Assembly (NCBI GenBank): GCA_046726415.1
Contig: JBKPAK010000136.1
Coordinates: 1-17,192 of the forward strand
Length of the DNA: 17,192 nt
Origin: Candidatus Methylomirabilota bacterium
Lineage (GTDB): Bacteria > Methylomirabilota > Methylomirabilia > Rokubacteriales > CSP1-6
Reading direction: 5' to 3'
Numbering within the stretch: position 1 is the first letter of the stretch; each line of letters opens with the position of its first letter. Below, piece after piece: positions 15,601-17,192 of this stretch. The notes beneath the pieces are model-generated. The model made no database searches and was not told where the DNA came from. It saw only the letters and a program-made list of their open reading frames with translations. A program made the position numbers and the translations under genes.

Positions 15601-15627
15601 CGCGATGCGTCTATCGAGCAATCCGGT

Positions 15628-16890
15628 TCACCCCGATCGGACGGTCGCAGTTTCATCGGCGGGCGAGGCCAGCCGCACCGCATAGGAAAGCAGCAGATTG
15701 AGCAGGGCTACCCCGGTCAGGATGCCCAGCAGCTGTTCTGGACCTGATCCGGCCAAGGTCTTCGCGAAGACCGCTGGCGCGACGGCCTGAGCCAGCAGCG
15801 TGGGCAGGGCGAGCCGTCCAAGGAGCGAGGCATAGCCGGACGAGCCAAAAATCGCCAGCGGCAGCGTCCCCTTGACGATGGTCTTGATGCCGTTCCCGGC
15901 ACCGTAGAGCACAAGAGCGATCGCAATCACTGCAGGATTGGCGAGGAACAGGAGACCCAACCCGGCGAACACGAAGACGCTGGCGGCGACGGCCGTCCAC
16001 ACCGGATGGAAGTGCCGCCCGAACCCAACCTCGAGCAAGCGGCCACCGACCTGTGAAGGCCCGACGAGGATGCCCAGTCCGACTGCGGCGGCCAGCGTGA
16101 GCCCGAAGCCCTGTAACATCGAGAGGAGGTGAACCGAGATCACCGATGAGATGATCGCCTGGAGCGTAAAGCTCGCCCCGAGCATCCAGACCAAGAGCTG
16201 GTAAGCGCGCCTTGGTGGTTCATCTCCTCCATGGGCCGCTGGTGCCCGTGTATTTCCCGACGTAGGCTGGACGAGATCGTCCGCAGGCTTGGCGGGTAAC
16301 AACAGGCAATGCATCGGCAAGCCCACAGCGAGATGCAAACCGGCGTACACGAAGCACGCCCCACGCCATCCCAGCGTCTCAGCCAGGAGCGCGCTGAGCG
16401 GCCAGGCCGCGGTACTGGCGAATCCGCCGATCAACGTCAGGTTCGTGATCAATCTTCTTGCCTCGCGTCCGTAGAGCTGCCCGAGGGTGGCGAAGGCCGC
16501 GTCGTAGAGGCCTGTCGCCATACCGATCCCGAGCGCGGTCCACGCGGCGAAATAACCGATTGGCTCGCGTGCGAACCCCAACCCGGCGAGTCCCAGCGAC
16601 AGCGCGACCGAGCCAAACGCGAGGACGGTCCGGCCGCCGCGGCGCTCAACCGCCCGCCCCATGGCCGGTGAGGCCAACCCGGCGACCAACAGGCCGATCG
16701 AAAGGCCAGCCACGACCGAGGTCAAGTGCCAGCCCGTATCGGCCGCGATGGGCTTGCCGAGAACCGCGAGTAAGTAGTAGGAGGAGCCCCAGGCCAGACA
16801 CTGTGTGAAGCCGAGAACGGCAATGACGCCCGCCCGGCCTCGACCGGCCTGCCACCAGGGGCTCTGGACGAAAGCCGCGGCTTCGGTCAC
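15628..16890 (-). CDS. arsK: MFS transporter, ArsK-like arsenite/organoarsenical efflux family, ~420 aa
   Basis: About 12 TM segments. Motifs GFTQCLAWGSSYY, GMATGLYDAAFATL, LTLIGGFASTAAWP, VGPSQVGGRLLE, YGAGNGIKTIVKGTLPLAIFG. GTG 16890 overlaps the upstream TGA (GTGA, 16890-16887). MFS membership is firm; the symbol is tentative and based on family motifs and context. Confidence 0.75.
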   Translation of the reverse strand: MTEAAAFVQSPWWQAGRGRAGVIAVLGFTQCLAWGSSYYLLAVLGKPIAADTGWHLTSVVAGLSIGLLVAGLASPAMGRAVERRGGRTVLAFGSVALSLGLAGLGFAREPIGYFAAWTALGIGMATGLYDAAFATLGQLYGREARRLITNLTLIGGFASTAAWPLSALLAETLGWRGACFVYAGLHLAVGLPMHCLLLPAKPADDLVQPTSGNTRAPAAHGGDEPPRRAYQLLVWMLGASFTLQAIISSVISVHLLSMLQGFGLTLAAAVGLGILVGPSQVGGRLLEVGFGRHFHPVWTAVAASVFVFAGLGLLFLANPAVIAIALVLYGAGNGIKTIVKGTLPLAIFGSSGYASLLGRLALPTLLAQAVAPAVFAKTLAGSGPEQLLGILTGVALLNLLLSYAVRLASPADETATVRSG

Positions 16891-17192
16891 CCGTGCGTCG
16901 TGCAGGCGACAGCCGAGTCCTTCGACCCGCACCCACAGCCTTCCCCGCCCGCAGCCTTGGCCTCGGCATCCAGGACGCAACAGGCGTCGACATATGCGGG
17001 CGCCGGCCCACCGCAGCATGCCGCGGCGGTCCCGAGTGTTGCGACGCTCGGCGGTCCGCTGCAGACACCGGTTTCTGGCAGCGCGAGCTCCACCTTCCTC
17101 GAGCCCTCCGCGTCGCCGGTCAGTGAGCAAGCGATCGAGCGCACTTGCTCGTAGCCCGTGAGCATGAGGAAGTTCGGCGCGCGCCCGTAGCT
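16887..17192 (-). CDS. C-terminal part of an FAD/NAD(P)-dependent flavoprotein oxidoreductase, ArsV/ArsO-like (partial, truncated by window edge)
   Basis: Frame open from the window end: SYGRAPNFLMLTGYEQVRSIACSLTGDAEGSRKVELALPETGVCS...CCGGPAP...DACCVLDAEAKAAGGEGCGC. SYGRAPxFLMxTGYEQVRS and LPETGVC are hallmarks of the flavoprotein family found in ars operons. Confidence 0.82.
   Translation of the reverse strand, partial: SYGRAPNFLMLTGYEQVRSIACSLTGDAEGSRKVELALPETGVCSGPPSVATLGTAAACCGGPAPAYVDACCVLDAEAKAAGGEGCGCGSKDSAVACTTHG

Noticed and set aside
16891-17130. N-terminal extension of the 500-aa MFS ORF call
   Set aside because: Overlaps the flavoprotein gene in another frame; the GTGA overlap at 16890 is the more plausible start.
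1-17192. CRISPR arrays, tRNA/rRNA genes, integrases or defence genes
   Set aside because: No regularly spaced direct repeats, cloverleaf-like sequences or matching protein motifs were seen.

Overview
High-GC bacterial window; the flanking small-protein families suggest Ca. Rokubacteria/Methylomirabilota (inference only). Left block: the 3' end of a membrane-protein gene, then a divergent glycogen/trehalose pair (treZ on -, amylo-alpha-1,6-glucosidase-type debranching enzyme on +) with back-to-back sigma54-like motifs between them, followed by a lipoprotein and a small CxxC...HxxC protein. Central block, all on the - strand, apparently lower in GC and bracketed by a decayed IS3-like remnant (~5746-5960) and an IS110 3'-end remnant (~15410-15600): a well-supported 68-aa orphan peptide ORF 5 nt upstream of a 1221-aa fused MFS-like/spermidine-synthase-like/TPR protein, then a five-gene branched-chain-amino-acid-type ABC operon (livH-livM-SBP-livG-livF) with a REP-like hairpin after the SBP gene. 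Right block: the 3' end of an arsenic-resistance-type operon (Cys-rich ArsV/ArsO-like flavoprotein plus ArsK-like MFS pump). The best candidate for an undescribed system is the peptide plus the membrane-bound SAM-dependent transferase/TPR fusion, possibly with the ABC transporter. Family assignments come from motif recognition, not database searches.
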